This document shows, one piece after another, positions 62,949 through 64,000 of a stretch of DNA of 64,000 nt. A program made the position numbers and the translations under genes. The stretch spans positions 1 through 64,000 of IMG/VR virus record IMGVR_UViG_3300018080_000002. One strand, given 5' to 3'. This DNA is from a virus. The notes under the pieces were generated by a model, which was given only the letters and a program-made list of their open reading frames with translations, ran no database searches and was not told the DNA's origin. Each line of letters begins with the position of its first letter. Within the stretch, counting starts at the first letter, position 1.

Positions 62949-63025
62949 CGGGGTATAGCGCAGTCAGGTAGCGCACTTGCTTTGGGAGCAAGTGGTCATC
63001 CGTTCAAATCGGATTACCCCGACCA
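62949..63025 (+). tRNA. tRNA-Pro(TGG)
   Basis: CTTGC-TTTGGGA-GCAAG; encoded CCA. Confidence 0.9.
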
Positions 63026-63317
63026 TAAGATTGCTACAGGCGTTGAAAGATCATTAATTTTTAGCCGACGACAGAGTGCTGAGATCCTTTGACGCCTTTT
63101 TATTGACATTCATTTTTACCAATGAGAAACTTGAATTTTAGGCTTTGTGTCTATTTATCTTTATTTTAGGCTTATGTATATGTTTTTAAGTTTGTACTCA
63201 AGTTTATATCTATCCTTACTCTATAAGAGTCAGGGGGTTGGTATGGTTTGATACGCTTATAGCATTGCATGAAAAACCCCTGATGTCTTAACCGATTTCA
63301 GGGGTTTTTTGATTTTT

Positions 63318-63408
63318 GGGGGAGCTGCGAAGATTGGCTGGTTTCGCATCGGATTGTAAATCCGGTCCCACAGGGTAAACGTTGTAGGTTCGAGTCCTAC
63401 CTCCCTCA
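63318..63408 (+). tRNA. tRNA-Tyr(GTA)
   Basis: TCGGA-TTGTAAA-TCCGG; long variable arm. Confidence 0.85.
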
Positions 63409-63413
63409 CTTAT

Positions 63414-63487
63414 GGCTCAGTATCCCAATTGGTAGAGGAAGCTGGCTTAGACCCAGTTGGTTGTCAGTTCGAGTCTGACCTGAGCTA
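63414..63487 (+). tRNA. tRNA-Leu(TAG), short variable loop
   Basis: GCTGG-CTTAGAC-CCAGT. Confidence 0.8.
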
Positions 63488-63497
63488 CTTGTTTTTT

Positions 63498-63572
63498 GGT
63501 CCCGTAGCCCAACTTGGTAGAGGCAATGGATTTAAAATCCATGAGTTATCAGTTCAAATCTGATCGGGACTA
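63498..63572 (+). tRNA. tRNA-Leu(TAA), short variable loop
   Basis: ATGGA-TTTAAAA-TCCAT. Confidence 0.8.
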
Positions 63573-63576
63573 CTCT

Positions 63577-63660
63577 GGAGGGATGGCCGAATGGTAAGGC
63601 TCTGGATTTGAAATCCAGTGGCGGGTAAAACCGATGGGGGTTCGATTCCCTCTCCCTCTG
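63577..63660 (+). tRNA. tRNA-Ser(TGA)
   Basis: CTGGA-TTTGAAA-TCCAG; long variable arm; G73. Confidence 0.85.
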
Positions 63661-63669
63661 CTTTTCTTT

Positions 63670-63755
63670 GGAGAGTTGCCCGAATGGTTAAGGGAGCACA
63701 TTGCTAATGTGTCGGTCTGAAATATGATCTCAGGGTTCGAGTCCCTGACTCTCCG
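63670..63755 (+). tRNA. tRNA-Ser(GCT)
   Basis: GCACA-TTGCTAA-TGTGT; long variable arm; G73. Confidence 0.9.
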
Positions 63756-64000
63756 TTTTTCTTCAAGTCTTTATTCAATTGATACAATTGCTGAAATGGA
63801 GGATAATGACAAAAAAGAATTTATGTCCAAATTGAGAGATAATAATGTTTAATGAATTAAATTTGATTACGAATAATTGTTTTGAGAGTTTTCCTGGTAG
63901 TAGTCATCCTATAAATCGTAGGATGCAGCCTATTGTTGATTCTATTGTTGGCATGGGGACAGAGAACATTTCATTTATGATCAATGAATTGGTTCGTTGT

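Noticed and set aside
63026-63317. Extra tRNA or ncRNA in the gap within the tRNA cluster
   Set aside because: Only terminator-like hairpins are present (for example AAAACCCCTGA/TCAGGGGTTTT), with no cloverleaf or T-loop.
1-64000. Stop-codon reassignment
   Set aside because: Conserved genes are full length in the standard code, all three stop codons end genes, and no suppressor-anticodon tRNA was seen.

Overview
This window is a 64-kb segment of a large tailed dsDNA phage genome. Genes are dense and almost all on the + strand, and there are no rRNA or host housekeeping operons. It contains (i) about 25 kb of small accessory ORFs; (ii) a replication and recombination set (HTH initiator, DnaC-like loader, DnaB, primase, SF2 helicase, two SSBs, RecA, Cas4-like nuclease, RuvC); (iii) a nucleotide-sugar, sulfation and glycosyltransferase cluster, including a glycosyltransferase with a LAGLIDADG intein; (iv) two tandem RebB-like genes on the - strand; (v) two adjacent Tad1/Acb2-fold candidate anti-defence genes; and (vi) an RNA locus with five tandem YrlA-type Y RNAs, a Ro60/TROVE gene and 15 tRNAs plus one tRNA-like element. 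The most striking signal is a solitary Cas7/RAMP-like gene (14277-15251) followed directly by a ~1.13-kb non-coding array with no conventional repeats. The array parses as runs of NNNNY pentamers punctuated by NNNGGY hexamers, giving about 30 units of mostly 31, 36, 41 or 46 nt. This is a candidate non-CRISPR RNA-guided system. All family calls come from manual motif recognition; no searches were run.
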